Both the position numbers and the translations under genes were made by a program. A stretch of 44,921 nucleotides of DNA from Acidobacteria bacterium AH-259-G07 (GTDB taxonomy: Bacteria > Acidobacteriota > UBA6911 > RPQK01 > JADFOI01). The first letter of the stretch is position 1, and each line of letters opens with the position of its first letter. Of the stretch, positions 26,527-35,908 are shown piece by piece. The notes below the pieces were generated by a model, which saw only the letters and a program-made list of their open reading frames with translations, was not told the origin of the DNA and made no database searches. The stretch covers positions 1 to 44,921 of the forward strand of contig JALLON010000001.1 in the NCBI GenBank assembly GCA_027717925.1. Direction: 5' to 3'.

Positions 26527-27618
26527 ATGCAGTCCCAAAGACCAACTCAATGTCGATTGATACTAGCCGTGCTGGCGACCTTTTTGATACTTGTTGCTAC
26601 CTGTTCGCAAGAGCAGCCAACTACGAATCCTGAAGCAGCCGGTAACCGGGCCCGGGCTCCAATTCGAGCGCCTGGCGAAGGCACGATCACCCGTCCTGCC
26701 CGGGGTGATTGGGATACCGGCTGGTTCCACGCAGAGATTTTCCGACAATTATTACAAGAGTTAGGATACACGGTCGAAGAAGCTCGGACGTTGGGCGATC
26801 CAGCTTTTTTCGAGGCTGTTTCACGGGGTGAGGTCGATTTTTGGGCAAATGGCTGGTTTCCTAACTCCGATAAAGAATTGCAGGAAGTCCAAGACGCAGT
26901 CGCTGTCGTGGGCTATGTGGTGAAGGCAGGAGCTCTACAAGGATACCTCATTGACAAGAACACGGCTCAAAAATATGACATCACCAATCTCAAGGACTTC
27001 AGGAGGCCTGAAATCGCGAAACTCTTCGATACGGACGGTGATGGAAAAGCTGATCTTACCGGTTGCAATCCCGACTGGACCTGCGCAGACGTAATTGAGC
27101 ACCACCTGAGTGCTTACGGCCTTCGCGACACCGTCCACCAAGTGCAAGGTGAGTACAGCCATCTAGTAAACCAAGCGATGGCCCGTTACAAGCAAGCCAA
27201 GGCGATTTTCTTTTACACCTGGACGCCCAATTGGACGGTGGGTGAGTTACTCCCGGGTGAGGATGTGGTCTGGCTTGAAGTTCCATTTCCCAGTCTACCT
27301 GATGAGCAGAAAGACGAGGAAGAACTAACGACTGTTTCGGGCGTGAAGGGGTGTGTGGACGATCCGTGCGATCTAGGCTGGCCGCCTAATGATATCCGTG
27401 TGGTGGCGAATAAGAGATTCCTGGAGGAAAACCCAGCGGCCGAACGACTATTTGAGCTAGTCGAAATACCCCTTGTTGACATCTCCACACAGAACGCCCG
27501 GATGTTTCAAGGGGAGAAAAGCGAGAAAGACATCCGCCGTCATGCTGGCGAGTGGATCGAAAAGCACCAAACTCTGGTAGATAATTGGCTAAGGGAGGCC
27601 GGAGAAGCCGCCTTGTAA
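26527..27618 (+). CDS. proX: Glycine betaine / proline betaine-binding periplasmic protein ProX (ABC substrate-binding protein), orphan
   Basis: The long block [60 protein letters not shown] is nearly colinear with E. coli ProX as I recall it (AAQGYLIDKKTADQYKITN...[25 protein letters not shown]). Also [19 protein letters not shown] and [13 protein letters not shown]. N-terminal signal peptide. No proV/proW nearby. Confidence 0.85.
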   Translation: [363 protein letters not shown]

Positions 27619-27689
27619 AGGGCAGCGAAGGATTTCTATCCCGTTCCATGTAACAGCCCCCCCAAGGCGTTTATCGGCTGTCAAGCTGT

Positions 27690-29459
27690 TTACAGTCCTC
27701 GGTTCACGGTCTCAACCGGCTCATTGGATTCTTCCGCCTCTGGCGCCTCCTTCTTATTCTGAGGGACTATTGTCTCGCCTTCTGTAACAAGAATAAACTG
27801 ATTGGAATCGATGGGCCCCATTTGATCAACGATCCCACTGGGCCAGTGAACCTGCAACTTGGTGACTTTCTGTTGCGCTCCGAGGCCAAAATGAACTCTT
27901 AGATGGTTGGAAGAAAGGTAGCTTCCTCCTCCTACTATCTGCGTTTTCTGAATCCCTGTGCCGGTTTGAAGAGTCAAGACAGCACCAATCCCATTCCTGT
28001 TGCTTTTTACCCCCCGTAGTCGGATACTCAACCAATTCTGTCGGTTTCCCCCATTATTGCGGAGAAGCATCGGCTTCTCTCCAGCATTAGCGACCAGAAT
28101 GTCCACATCCCCATCGTTATCATAATCAGCAAAGGCCGCTCCGCGGCTGACTTGCTTCTTTAACAGGGCTTCTCCATGTCCTAAAGACACTTCCTCAAAG
28201 CGGGGGCCAATGTTTTCGAAAAGAAGTTTAGGCTGCTGAAAAGAGCGCCCTGGTGTGATCAAGTGAACCCGATCATCGATGTGACCGTTGGCTGCAAAGA
28301 GGTCGAGATCGGCGTCGTTGTCGAAGTCAAAAAATCCCACTCCGAATCCCACGTACTGGCTGCTGGCACGTTTTACATTGATCCGGGAGCTGACGTCTTC
28401 AAAAAAGAAGTTGCCCAGGTTGCGATAAACAGCCAGGTACTCTGGGCTATCCAAATTGGTAACGGCCAGATCAAAAAGACCGTCTCCGTCATAGTCGGCG
28501 CAGCCGATACCCATCCCGGATTGTGCCTCGCCGTTCTCGCCCAAAGCAACACCGGCTAGCAGACCGATTTCTTGAAAAGTTTCGTCCCCGTTATTCCGAA
28601 AAAGATAGTTTGGATCAGTATCGTTTGCGATATAAATATCTGGCCACCCGTCCTGATTTAAATCGGCTCCCACCACGCCGAGACCTTTGGCAGCAAAAGA
28701 GGAGATACCTGTGTCAGAGCTGACATCAGTAAAAGTTCCATCTTTATTGTTGCGGAACAGCAGATCAGGGATGCCCTCATAGATTTTAGGGGAACAATAG
28801 ATCCGGAATCCTCTTTCCACGGGCCCGCACACTCTATTATCGTCGAAGTCAAAGTCGGCGTAACGGCAGACGTAGAGATCGAGAAAAGCGTCCCTGTTGT
28901 AGTCGAAGAAAGCCGCGCTGGTACTCCATCGGCCACCTCCCCCTAGACCTGCTTTTCTTGTTACATCAGTAAAGGTGCCATCTCCGTTGTTTCGATACAG
29001 CTGGTTTGGTCCTCGGAAATAAGTGAGGTAAAGATCGTCGTACCCATCATTGTTGTAATCTCCAACTGTGACTCCCATGCCGTAGTAGAGGTTTTCCTGA
29101 ATTCCCGCCTGGCGGCTCACGTCTTGAAACTTACCATTCCCGCGGTTTCGGTAAAGCGCGTGGTTGATCTCCCCATCGTAGTGGAACCCTGGAACTTTGC
29201 CACCATTGACCAGAAAGATGTCTAGCCAACCATCTCCGTTGTAATCGAAAAACGCACATCCGGAACCCATGATTTCTACCAAATATTTTTCAGGAGTCGC
29301 TGCTCTGATATGAATAAAATCAATGGCGGAAGCCTGGGTCACATCTAGAAACTGAACCCCGGCCTGGTTCCTTGCAATTGATCTGCCCAGTTCCGCAAGG
29401 ACAAAAAAAAAGATGAATGAGGAACTGAGAAAAAATAGTGCCCGTTTAAAGATTCGCAC
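27690..29459 (-). CDS. CRTAC1-family protein (FG-GAP/VCBS repeats + C-terminal ASPIC/UnbV domain), secreted
   Basis: Multiple FxDYNxDGxxDLxV-type repeats (FFDYNGDGWLDIFLVN, VGDYNNDGYDDLYLT, FFDYNRDAFLDLYV, ADLNQDGWPDIYIAN, CADYDGDGLFDLAVTN, FFDFDNDADLDLFAAN, FADYDNDGDVDILVAN). ASPIC/UnbV block NRNGIGAVLTLQTGTGIQKTQIVGGGSYLSSNHLRVHFGLG. Confidence 0.8.
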   Translation of the reverse strand: MRIFKRALFFLSSSFIFFFVLAELGRSIARNQAGVQFLDVTQASAIDFIHIRAATPEKYLVEIMGSGCAFFDYNGDGWLDIFLVNGGKVPGFHYDGEINHALYRNRGNGKFQDVSRQAGIQENLYYGMGVTVGDYNNDGYDDLYLTYFRGPNQLYRNNGDGTFTDVTRKAGLGGGGRWSTSAAFFDYNRDAFLDLYVCRYADFDFDDNRVCGPVERGFRIYCSPKIYEGIPDLLFRNNKDGTFTDVSSDTGISSFAAKGLGVVGADLNQDGWPDIYIANDTDPNYLFRNNGDETFQEIGLLAGVALGENGEAQSGMGIGCADYDGDGLFDLAVTNLDSPEYLAVYRNLGNFFFEDVSSRINVKRASSQYVGFGVGFFDFDNDADLDLFAANGHIDDRVHLITPGRSFQQPKLLFENIGPRFEEVSLGHGEALLKKQVSRGAAFADYDNDGDVDILVANAGEKPMLLRNNGGNRQNWLSIRLRGVKSNRNGIGAVLTLQTGTGIQKTQIVGGGSYLSSNHLRVHFGLGAQQKVTKLQVHWPSGIVDQMGPIDSNQFILVTEGETIVPQNKKEAPEAEESNEPVETVNRGL

Positions 29460-29461
29460 AG

Positions 29462-30832
29462 TTAGTCAGACCTTTTTGTGAGAAGCTTCAGGTAGAGCTC
29501 CTTCTCCTTTTTGCTTTCTTCTAAGCTTCCCAATTTGGCTAAGGCGGAGGAGAGGTTTAGATGGTACAGGGGATTGTCAGGATCCAAATCGACAGCTTTT
29601 CGGTAAGCAGACGCTGCTTCCCGGTGTTCTTCCTTTGTGAACAAAAGATTGCCAAGAAGATTGTGGTAATCGGGCAGGACGGGATTTAAGTTGATGGCTT
29701 TTTTCACAGCTTCAACAGCGGCAGGAATGTTTTTGAGCTCGTGCAAACAAACCGCCCTGGTGTAGTGATACATTGAATCATAGGGCTGCAGTTCTAAGGC
29801 TTTTTCGATGTTGCGTAAGGCTTCGAGGGGACTTCCGCGATTGAGATAGACTTGAGCTAGTCCGAAACAAGCTTCATGACTATCCGGCGCGACTTCCAGG
29901 GCTTTTTGAAATGCCTTTAAAGCCTGGTCCAGATTATCTCGCCATAAATGTTCTTCCCCTTCGAGATACAATGATCGGCCCTTTAGCCGACTTTTCTCTT
30001 GAATTTGGCTTTCTGAATCAAGTGCCTGAAACCGGGACAGAATCTGTTGAGTCTTCTCAACGTCGCCTTGCTTTCGATAGGCTGCACTAAGAAGAAAATA
30101 AGCCTCAGCCAAATTAGGGTCCAATTCAATTGCCTTTTGAAAATGATCTATTGCCTGCTGAGTTCTATCTAGATTCAGAAGAGTTTTCCCAAGTTCTTGG
30201 TGGACAAACGGCAGATTAGACCGTAACTCCAGGACCTTTTCGAAATGGTCAACCGCTTTCTGATAGCTCTGCTGACTCTGGCTATACAATTCAGCCAAAT
30301 TGAGGTGGGCCTCTATAAGGTCCGGCTTCAGTTCTAACACCTCCAAGAGACGCTGCTCTCCCTCATCATAGCGTTGTCGGCCGAGCAAGTTTCTTCCCAT
30401 CAGGTGCAGGGCGTGTACTCGCACAGGATCATCCTTTGAAACCTTCTCTTTCAGTTTCTCCAGCACAACTCGAATTTGCTCCTCCGCTTCCTGAAGGTTC
30501 CCTTGTGCTTGCAGGAGATAAGCCAGATTGAGGCGGACTTTGAGGAGCTCAGGATGAACGCCTAGGACTTGGCGGTTGACATCATATGCTTCTTGATACC
30601 GACCCAATTTGTAGAGGAGTCTTGCAAGTGCTATGGCTGCTTGCTCATGGGTAGGCTCTAGTTCCAGCGCCTGCCGATATTCAACCACTGCCTCCAAAAA
30701 CTTGTCCTGGCTCTCATAGCTTCGCGCCGATCGCAGCCGTTCCTCGAGGCCTTTGTGTTCTTCGCGAGGGGTTTGGCCATAAGTCCAGCTAAGCACTGCA
30801 GTGAGTAGGAAGGAAACAAGAACGTTTTTCAT
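29462..30832 (-). CDS. Secreted tetratricopeptide-repeat (TPR) protein, translationally coupled to the CRTAC1 gene
   Basis: Many 34-aa repeats of the A..Y..AL.L.P....A...L type along the whole length. Signal peptide MKNVLVSFLLTAVLSWTYGQ if the ATG at 30832 is used (the ORF-track GTG is at 30850). Its stop lies 2 nt from the start of the downstream CRTAC1 gene. Confidence 0.75.
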   Translation of the reverse strand: MKNVLVSFLLTAVLSWTYGQTPREEHKGLEERLRSARSYESQDKFLEAVVEYRQALELEPTHEQAAIALARLLYKLGRYQEAYDVNRQVLGVHPELLKVRLNLAYLLQAQGNLQEAEEQIRVVLEKLKEKVSKDDPVRVHALHLMGRNLLGRQRYDEGEQRLLEVLELKPDLIEAHLNLAELYSQSQQSYQKAVDHFEKVLELRSNLPFVHQELGKTLLNLDRTQQAIDHFQKAIELDPNLAEAYFLLSAAYRKQGDVEKTQQILSRFQALDSESQIQEKSRLKGRSLYLEGEEHLWRDNLDQALKAFQKALEVAPDSHEACFGLAQVYLNRGSPLEALRNIEKALELQPYDSMYHYTRAVCLHELKNIPAAVEAVKKAINLNPVLPDYHNLLGNLLFTKEEHREAASAYRKAVDLDPDNPLYHLNLSSALAKLGSLEESKKEKELYLKLLTKRSD

Positions 30833-30951
30833 CGCCGCTGATACAAACACTATTTGAACTATTTCCCCACCAATTCACGGCTGACAACCACTGCTCGGCA
30901 ACCCCCTTTCCTATTTTCGTGGGCTCAAGGTTTTAATCCTGCTATGAGAGC

Positions 30952-31887
30952 TCAATATTTTTTCACACGCCTGAGTGCCGCAGCCGCATCGGCTCTTAGT
31001 TCTCCACTATCCAAGATGAAAATCTTATAGCCCTCCTCGATGCGCTGTTCAATCGTTTCCGCATTGGCGGGAACACCACACGGAATTCCTTTTTTCTTAC
31101 AGGTAGCCAAGATCTTCCTCATGGCCTGCTGGACTTCAGGGGCGGATGGATCTGCAGGAAAACCCATGGAAGTCGCCAGGTCTAAAGGACCAATAAAGAC
31201 GCTTGAGACACCGGGAACGTCGAGGATGGCTTCTAGGTTCTTCACCCCTTCCGCCTCTTCGATCTGCAAAAATAAAATGATTTCTCCGCCTGGATCTAAA
31301 GGCCAAATGTCGGCCCGTTTTACATACTCTTTTAAGGACAAACCCCAATAGCGCAATGCGATCAGGGGCGATACACCTCTCAAACCTGGAGGGTCAAAAT
31401 CAGGTGCCCCTCTTTCCTGAGGATATCTGGCTGCCCGCACGGCAGCCAGCGCATCTTCAGGAGTGTTAATGTGGGGAAACATCACACCGTATGCCCCCAG
31501 GTCCAGCGCCTGCTTGACAAGGAACTGCAACTGTTCCCGACCATTACTGGGTATGGCCAGAGTGGGGACCACATTGGGGCGCAAAGAGCTGTTTTCTAAG
31601 GGCTCTTGACGCGAAAGCATTCCCTGCAGAAACTGCTGCAGCCGCTCAAAGTCGAGGGCACCGTGTTCCATGTCAATAGTTATAAAGTCAAGCGGCGAAT
31701 CAGCCAGAACGGCCGCGTTAGTTAGCGAGAGATCCTGGGGCGAAATGCCAAAGATGGGCTTGCCCTGCTGCAGGGTTTCAATGATCCGGTTAATTCGCTC
31801 GCGAGACTGAGCCAAAGTGGGGGGAAGAGCGAAGGCAAATAGGAAGACGAAAAACGCAAATGGAGAGAGCTTTTCAAAAGGTTTCAT
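30952..31887 (-). CDS. HpcH/HpaI-family aldolase paralogue with a clear signal peptide
   Basis: The ATG at 31887 gives MKPFEKLSPFAFFVFLFAFALPPTLAQS. Family blocks: LDFITIDMEHGALD, ARYPQERGAP..PGLRGVS, FLQIEEAEGVKNLEAILDVPGVSSVFIGPLDLATSMG. There is no Met between the signal peptide and the conserved core, so the signal cannot be removed by choosing a later start. Confidence 0.7.
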   Translation of the reverse strand: MKPFEKLSPFAFFVFLFAFALPPTLAQSRERINRIIETLQQGKPIFGISPQDLSLTNAAVLADSPLDFITIDMEHGALDFERLQQFLQGMLSRQEPLENSSLRPNVVPTLAIPSNGREQLQFLVKQALDLGAYGVMFPHINTPEDALAAVRAARYPQERGAPDFDPPGLRGVSPLIALRYWGLSLKEYVKRADIWPLDPGGEIILFLQIEEAEGVKNLEAILDVPGVSSVFIGPLDLATSMGFPADPSAPEVQQAMRKILATCKKKGIPCGVPANAETIEQRIEEGYKIFILDSGELRADAAAALRRVKKY

Positions 31888-32257
31888 GAAGATTCCCCAA
31901 GACTTGAGCAAGAGAGACGAAAAGAAGTCTTTGCTCAAGCTCTTGCCTCATTCGTCAGCCATTTGGGCAGCGTTAGAAGCTACCTCTCAACCCGTACAAA
32001 TCTATAGTGCCACCAATCCTAAGTCAAAGGAAAGAGTTTAGTTTCGCTGTCCAAATTATTGAATCATATTATCGAATTATCCAAATTATTGTATATTAGA
32101 AGACCGCTTGTGCCCTTTCGAGCTCGATCTGTAACCTTCTAAGTATTTGAGAATACGTATCTTGATCTTTGTACTCGATCTTAACTGAAGACTTCGGTAT
32201 ATAAATTGCATTCATTGTTAAAAGGGGAATTTAAGCTTGACGCGATTTTTACGCTTG

Positions 32258-32321
32258 TTGACAATTTAGCAAAATTTGACAATATGCATTGACAATATTC
32301 AGAAAATCTTGACAATATGCA
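32258..32321 (+). repeat. Array of four direct TTGACAAT boxes (starts at 32258, 32276, 32289 and 32309). Three have the extended form TTGACAATAT(G/T)CA. A degenerate TTGACG lies at 32237.
   Basis: Read directly from the sequence. Start-to-start spacings are 18, 13 and 20 bp. Located in the AT-rich divergent region between the aldolase (-) and the TonB-dependent receptor (+). Confidence 0.85.
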
Positions 32322-32338
32322 GAGAAGGTCGATATATG
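32309..32338 (+). promoter_or_regulatory. Candidate sigma70-type promoter for the TonB-dependent receptor gene (TTGACA - 17/18 nt - ATATAT/TATATG)
   Basis: The last TTGACA box (32309-32314) is followed at a 17-18 nt spacing by ATATAT/TATATG (32332-32338). This would give a leader of about 280 nt. Promoter rules for this lineage are uncertain. Confidence 0.3.
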
Positions 32339-32617
32339 GGCACACGAGCATCTTTCTTTAGAGACTTGTATACAAATATAGAGTAATGTCAAATCCTACC
32401 AGAGTTGATTCTTGTGCGACAGGGAGGTAGCATTTCATTTTGAAAGATTCTAGCGGGGGGATCCGAGTCTTGATAGCGTCGGCAACCTTCACAAGAGCAT
32501 GATGTTAAACTCGAGTTCTTTGATCCAAATAATCCATTGTTAGGGGCAAATATAGGGACATTTGTCAAGTTAGGAACTTTTTAACCTTTTTAACCTAAGT
32601 CTTAAGGAGGGGGAAAA

Positions 32618-35600
32618 ATGAGACGTAACGTTTCAGGTTTCGAATGGGTGGGGATTTTCTCCTGCCTAATTTTGTTAATGTCCACGGCCGCTCTGGGCCA
32701 GCTCACCGGCAGGATCCAGGGGCAAGTTACAGATGCGACGGGAGCTGTTCTTCCGGGTGTGGAAGTGACCGTTACTAATGAAGCGATCGGGTTCTCGCGT
32801 GTGGTAATTACTGCCGATGATGGCTACTACCGAGTTTCCGATCTTTTGCCGGGCACCTACACGGTAAGTGTGGAAATGCCGGGATTTAGGACGAGTATTC
32901 GAAGCAATGTAGAGGTCAGCGCGGAATCTGTCCTGGGGCTGAATGTGACTCTGGAGGTGGGTGAAATCACGGAGTCGGTTACTGTCAGTGGCGAAACAAT
33001 TCAAGTGGAGACCCAGGTGACTCGAATCTCGGAGGTGCTCCAGGAGGACGATATTCGGGAACTACCCATGCAGGGCCGGGGTGTCCTGAACATCGTGATG
33101 ATCACGCCCGGACTTGTGGGCAAGCAAATGCAGCAGGGAAATTATTGCTGTGATGTTTTTTCTAATTACGGAGCTCCGCGGATTAATTCAGGTGCTAATG
33201 AGCAAAAGGCTGTCTTTATGCTGGACGGGATTGACCTTCGCTACAGCGAAGGGAGCGGTTGGGGGATGTCTTTTTCTCCCAGCCCGGATGCCATTCAGGA
33301 AGTCCGCGTGACGACCAATCCGCATTCAGCGGAATTTGGCCGGGTCAGTGGGCCTCAAATCCAGATCGTGACCAAGGGTGGGACCAACAACTTCCATGGG
33401 ACGGCTCACTATCTGTTTAACGGTGACCAACTGAATGCCAGAGCCTTCTTTAGTGATTCCAAACCGGACATCGAGTATAACCTTTTTGGAGGAACGGTGG
33501 GAGGGCCCATTCTGAAGGACAAGTTGTTCTTTTTTGGAGCTTATGAAGGACTGCAGTCCACGCGCGCGGGAAGCCAAAGAGTGGTGGTGGAAACACAGGC
33601 TTTTCGCGATTTTGTGGTGAACACGAGACCGAACACCCTTGCCGCAAACTTGCTTCAGCAGTTCCCACCTGTCAAATATGCGACACAAGAGCTGCAAGAC
33701 GTGGGAAGCCCCCTTCCGGGAGTTTTTAATTGGGACTCTACTCCAGACGGTATTCCAGATCTGGGGGTGATCACACTGGATGATCCTTTTAAGCGCGACG
33801 GAAACCAGTACAATGGGAGAATTGATTTTCACCATCCCAACGACAAGGATCGTATCTTCGGTACCTATTGGTTTTCCCACCCCGAGTGGGGGCTTTCGCG
33901 GGTCCGTACGGCGTTTATTGGGCTCACCGACACGGCAGTCACTTCAGCTCACTTCACCCATACTCGGTCTTGGACACCCACGGTATTGTCCGAGGTTCGC
34001 TACGGACTGGATATCATCGATTTCACCAGTGGCGCACCCGTCAGACGCTTTCCCCACATTCCAAGTACTGGGGCCGACGATGGCTTCGGGATCGGAGCGC
34101 ATGGCTGGTCAGAATACGACTCCTATGTTCACTATGCTGAGGGAGTGTTTTCCATCAACCGGGGCAAACACGCCTTTAAGTTCGGTACCACTTACCGGAA
34201 TTCCGATCTACATGCTGAATGGCCCAACGTCCCCAGCTACGGCTTTGCCAGCATCCTCGACTTTGCTGATGACGAACCCTATTCTGAAAGTCGGCGCATT
34301 GATACTGCGGGAGGGCAAGGGACGGACACCGATCTGAGAATGCTCACGGGCGATTTTTCCCTGTTCGTGCAGAACACCTGGCAGATTCGTCCCAATCTGA
34401 CTCTCAACTACGGCTTAAGGTGGGAGTACTTCTTCCCGGTCTGGCTGGACGACAGGGACAATTGGCAGCCCCATCTGAGCTCGGATCAGATCAACCCGGC
34501 AGGCGTAACTGCTGGGACAAATACACAAGCAGCCAACCGTTTGTACAGCAGGGACCTGGACAATTTTTCTCCGCGGTTCGGCTTGGCCTGGGATCCCTCC
34601 GGTGAGGGAAAAATGTCGATCCGGTTCGGCTTGGGGCTACTCAACGAAGAGATCAACACCTTCAATCTCTACGGAGTGAACTCGAATCCGCCGAGTGCTG
34701 CCTACCTCTCGGCAGGATTTTTCGAGGAAATTAAAGACATTGTTTACGGTCTGGCACCGGAGGGGACGGTCGACTTCCCCCTCAACCCGGCCTTCAGTCG
34801 GCCGACGCTATCGCCTGCCGGTGGGATTGAGGGTGCTCGAGTGAGTGTAACCGGCTTCATGACCGATCTGCAGTCCCCGCAGGTCCTGGACACCTTGGCC
34901 GGAATTCAATACCAGCTGCGCGGAGATACGCTGGTTCAGCTCAACTACAAGTACAGACGCGGCACCAAGGAACTCTATATGGACGACATCAATCGTTTCG
35001 CGGGAGATCTTCTGGATGGCACGTTGGATCGATTGAACCCCAACTTCAACCGGGTGACCATGCTGACTAATCGAGGCCGACGCATCGGCCATAACATTGT
35101 CGCCTCTCTGACCAAACGGTATAGTCAGGGTTATTCTTTGACCGCCTCCTACAACTATACAAACGCCAGAAACAACTTCGGCGCTATACCGCGGGGTCAC
35201 AGTGACTTCTATCAGGCCGGTTCCACGGATGCGTTCAATCTGGATCCGGAGTGGGCTCGCGATGACATCCCGCACGTGTTCACCTTCCACAGCCTCTGGG
35301 AATTGCCTTTCCTGCGCGACCGTAATGACTTGGCTGGACGCCTCTTGGGAGGTTGGAAGCTGGGTACGATCGCGAACCTCCAGGCGGGAGAACTCTTTAT
35401 TGTATCGAGCAATGCTGGGTTTGGAGCTGGCGGAGATTTCAACGCGGACGGCCAGCAAACGGGTTTTCGAGGTGCCGGTGGGGACCGGCCCGACGAGCCC
35501 TCGCAGAGCTTGTCCTCCTCGTTCAGCAAGCAGGAATGGCTTCGGGGAGCGATTCCGGCAAGCGCGTTTCCAATTCCCGATCCCTCCAGCCCGCGAATCG

Positions 35601-35851
35601 GGACGCTGGCGCGAGATGCCTTTCGGGAACCCGGCTACGGCAACGTGGATCTGAACCTTATCAAAGAGTTTCGGTTTCCCGTTTGGGGTAATGAGGACGG
35701 TCGGCTGCAGGTGCGAGGCGAGTTCCTGAACCTGTTGAATCGTCTCAACATCGGTAGTGTGAGCCGTTTCATGAACTCCGCTAACTTTGCTGAAGCCACC
35801 TCAGCTCACCCCAACCGTGTGATCCAGCTGGCCTTCAAGTTCATCTTCTAG
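32618..35851 (+). CDS. TonB-dependent outer-membrane receptor with an N-terminal carboxypeptidase-regulatory-like domain (acidobacterial type)
   Basis: Signal peptide, then GRIQGQVTDATGAVLPGVEVTVTNEAIGFSRVVITADDGYYRVSDLLPGTYTVSVEMPGF (CarboxypepD_reg-like). A plug-like region follows (DDIRELPMQGRGVLNIVMITPGL). A long beta-barrel region ends in the aromatic terminus QLAFKFIF. Perfect RBS AAGGAGG at 32604-32610. Confidence 0.85.
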   Translation: MRRNVSGFEWVGIFSCLILLMSTAALGQLTGRIQGQVTDATGAVLPGVEVTVTNEAIGFSRVVITADDGYYRVSDLLPGTYTVSVEMPGFRTSIRSNVEVSAESVLGLNVTLEVGEITESVTVSGETIQVETQVTRISEVLQEDDIRELPMQGRGVLNIVMITPGLVGKQMQQGNYCCDVFSNYGAPRINSGANEQKAVFMLDGIDLRYSEGSGWGMSFSPSPDAIQEVRVTTNPHSAEFGRVSGPQIQIVTKGGTNNFHGTAHYLFNGDQLNARAFFSDSKPDIEYNLFGGTVGGPILKDKLFFFGAYEGLQSTRAGSQRVVVETQAFRDFVVNTRPNTLAANLLQQFPPVKYATQELQDVGSPLPGVFNWDSTPDGIPDLGVITLDDPFKRDGNQYNGRIDFHHPNDKDRIFGTYWFSHPEWGLSRVRTAFIGLTDTAVTSAHFTHTRSWTPTVLSEVRYGLDIIDFTSGAPVRRFPHIPSTGADDGFGIGAHGWSEYDSYVHYAEGVFSINRGKHAFKFGTTYRNSDLHAEWPNVPSYGFASILDFADDEPYSESRRIDTAGGQGTDTDLRMLTGDFSLFVQNTWQIRPNLTLNYGLRWEYFFPVWLDDRDNWQPHLSSDQINPAGVTAGTNTQAANRLYSRDLDNFSPRFGLAWDPSGEGKMSIRFGLGLLNEEINTFNLYGVNSNPPSAAYLSAGFFEEIKDIVYGLAPEGTVDFPLNPAFSRPTLSPAGGIEGARVSVTGFMTDLQSPQVLDTLAGIQYQLRGDTLVQLNYKYRRGTKELYMDDINRFAGDLLDGTLDRLNPNFNRVTMLTNRGRRIGHNIVASLTKRYSQGYSLTASYNYTNARNNFGAIPRGHSDFYQAGSTDAFNLDPEWARDDIPHVFTFHSLWELPFLRDRNDLAGRLLGGWKLGTIANLQAGELFIVSSNAGFGAGGDFNADGQQTGFRGAGGDRPDEPSQSLSSSFSKQEWLRGAIPASAFPIPDPSSPRIGTLARDAFREPGYGNVDLNLIKEFRFPVWGNEDGRLQVRGEFLNLLNRLNIGSVSRFMNSANFAEATSAHPNRVIQLAFKFIF

Positions 35852-35881
35852 TTCTAGTCCACCAGTTCTGGCTAAGTCAAA

Positions 35882-35908
35882 GGGCGGGCCTGTTGGCCCG
35901 CCCTTTTT
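35882..35908. terminator. Rho-independent terminator hairpin between convergent genes
   Basis: GGGCGGGCC-TGTT-GGCCCGCCC (perfect 9-bp GC stem) followed by TTTTTGTTT. Located 31 nt after the receptor stop codon. Confidence 0.7.

Noticed and set aside
32340-32617. Possible riboswitch (e.g. cobalamin) in the long leader of the TonB-dependent receptor gene.
   Set aside because: I found no B12-box-like element and none of the conserved cores I can recognise by eye. The leader is AT-rich with little stable pairing. An Infernal/Rfam scan is needed before anything can be claimed.
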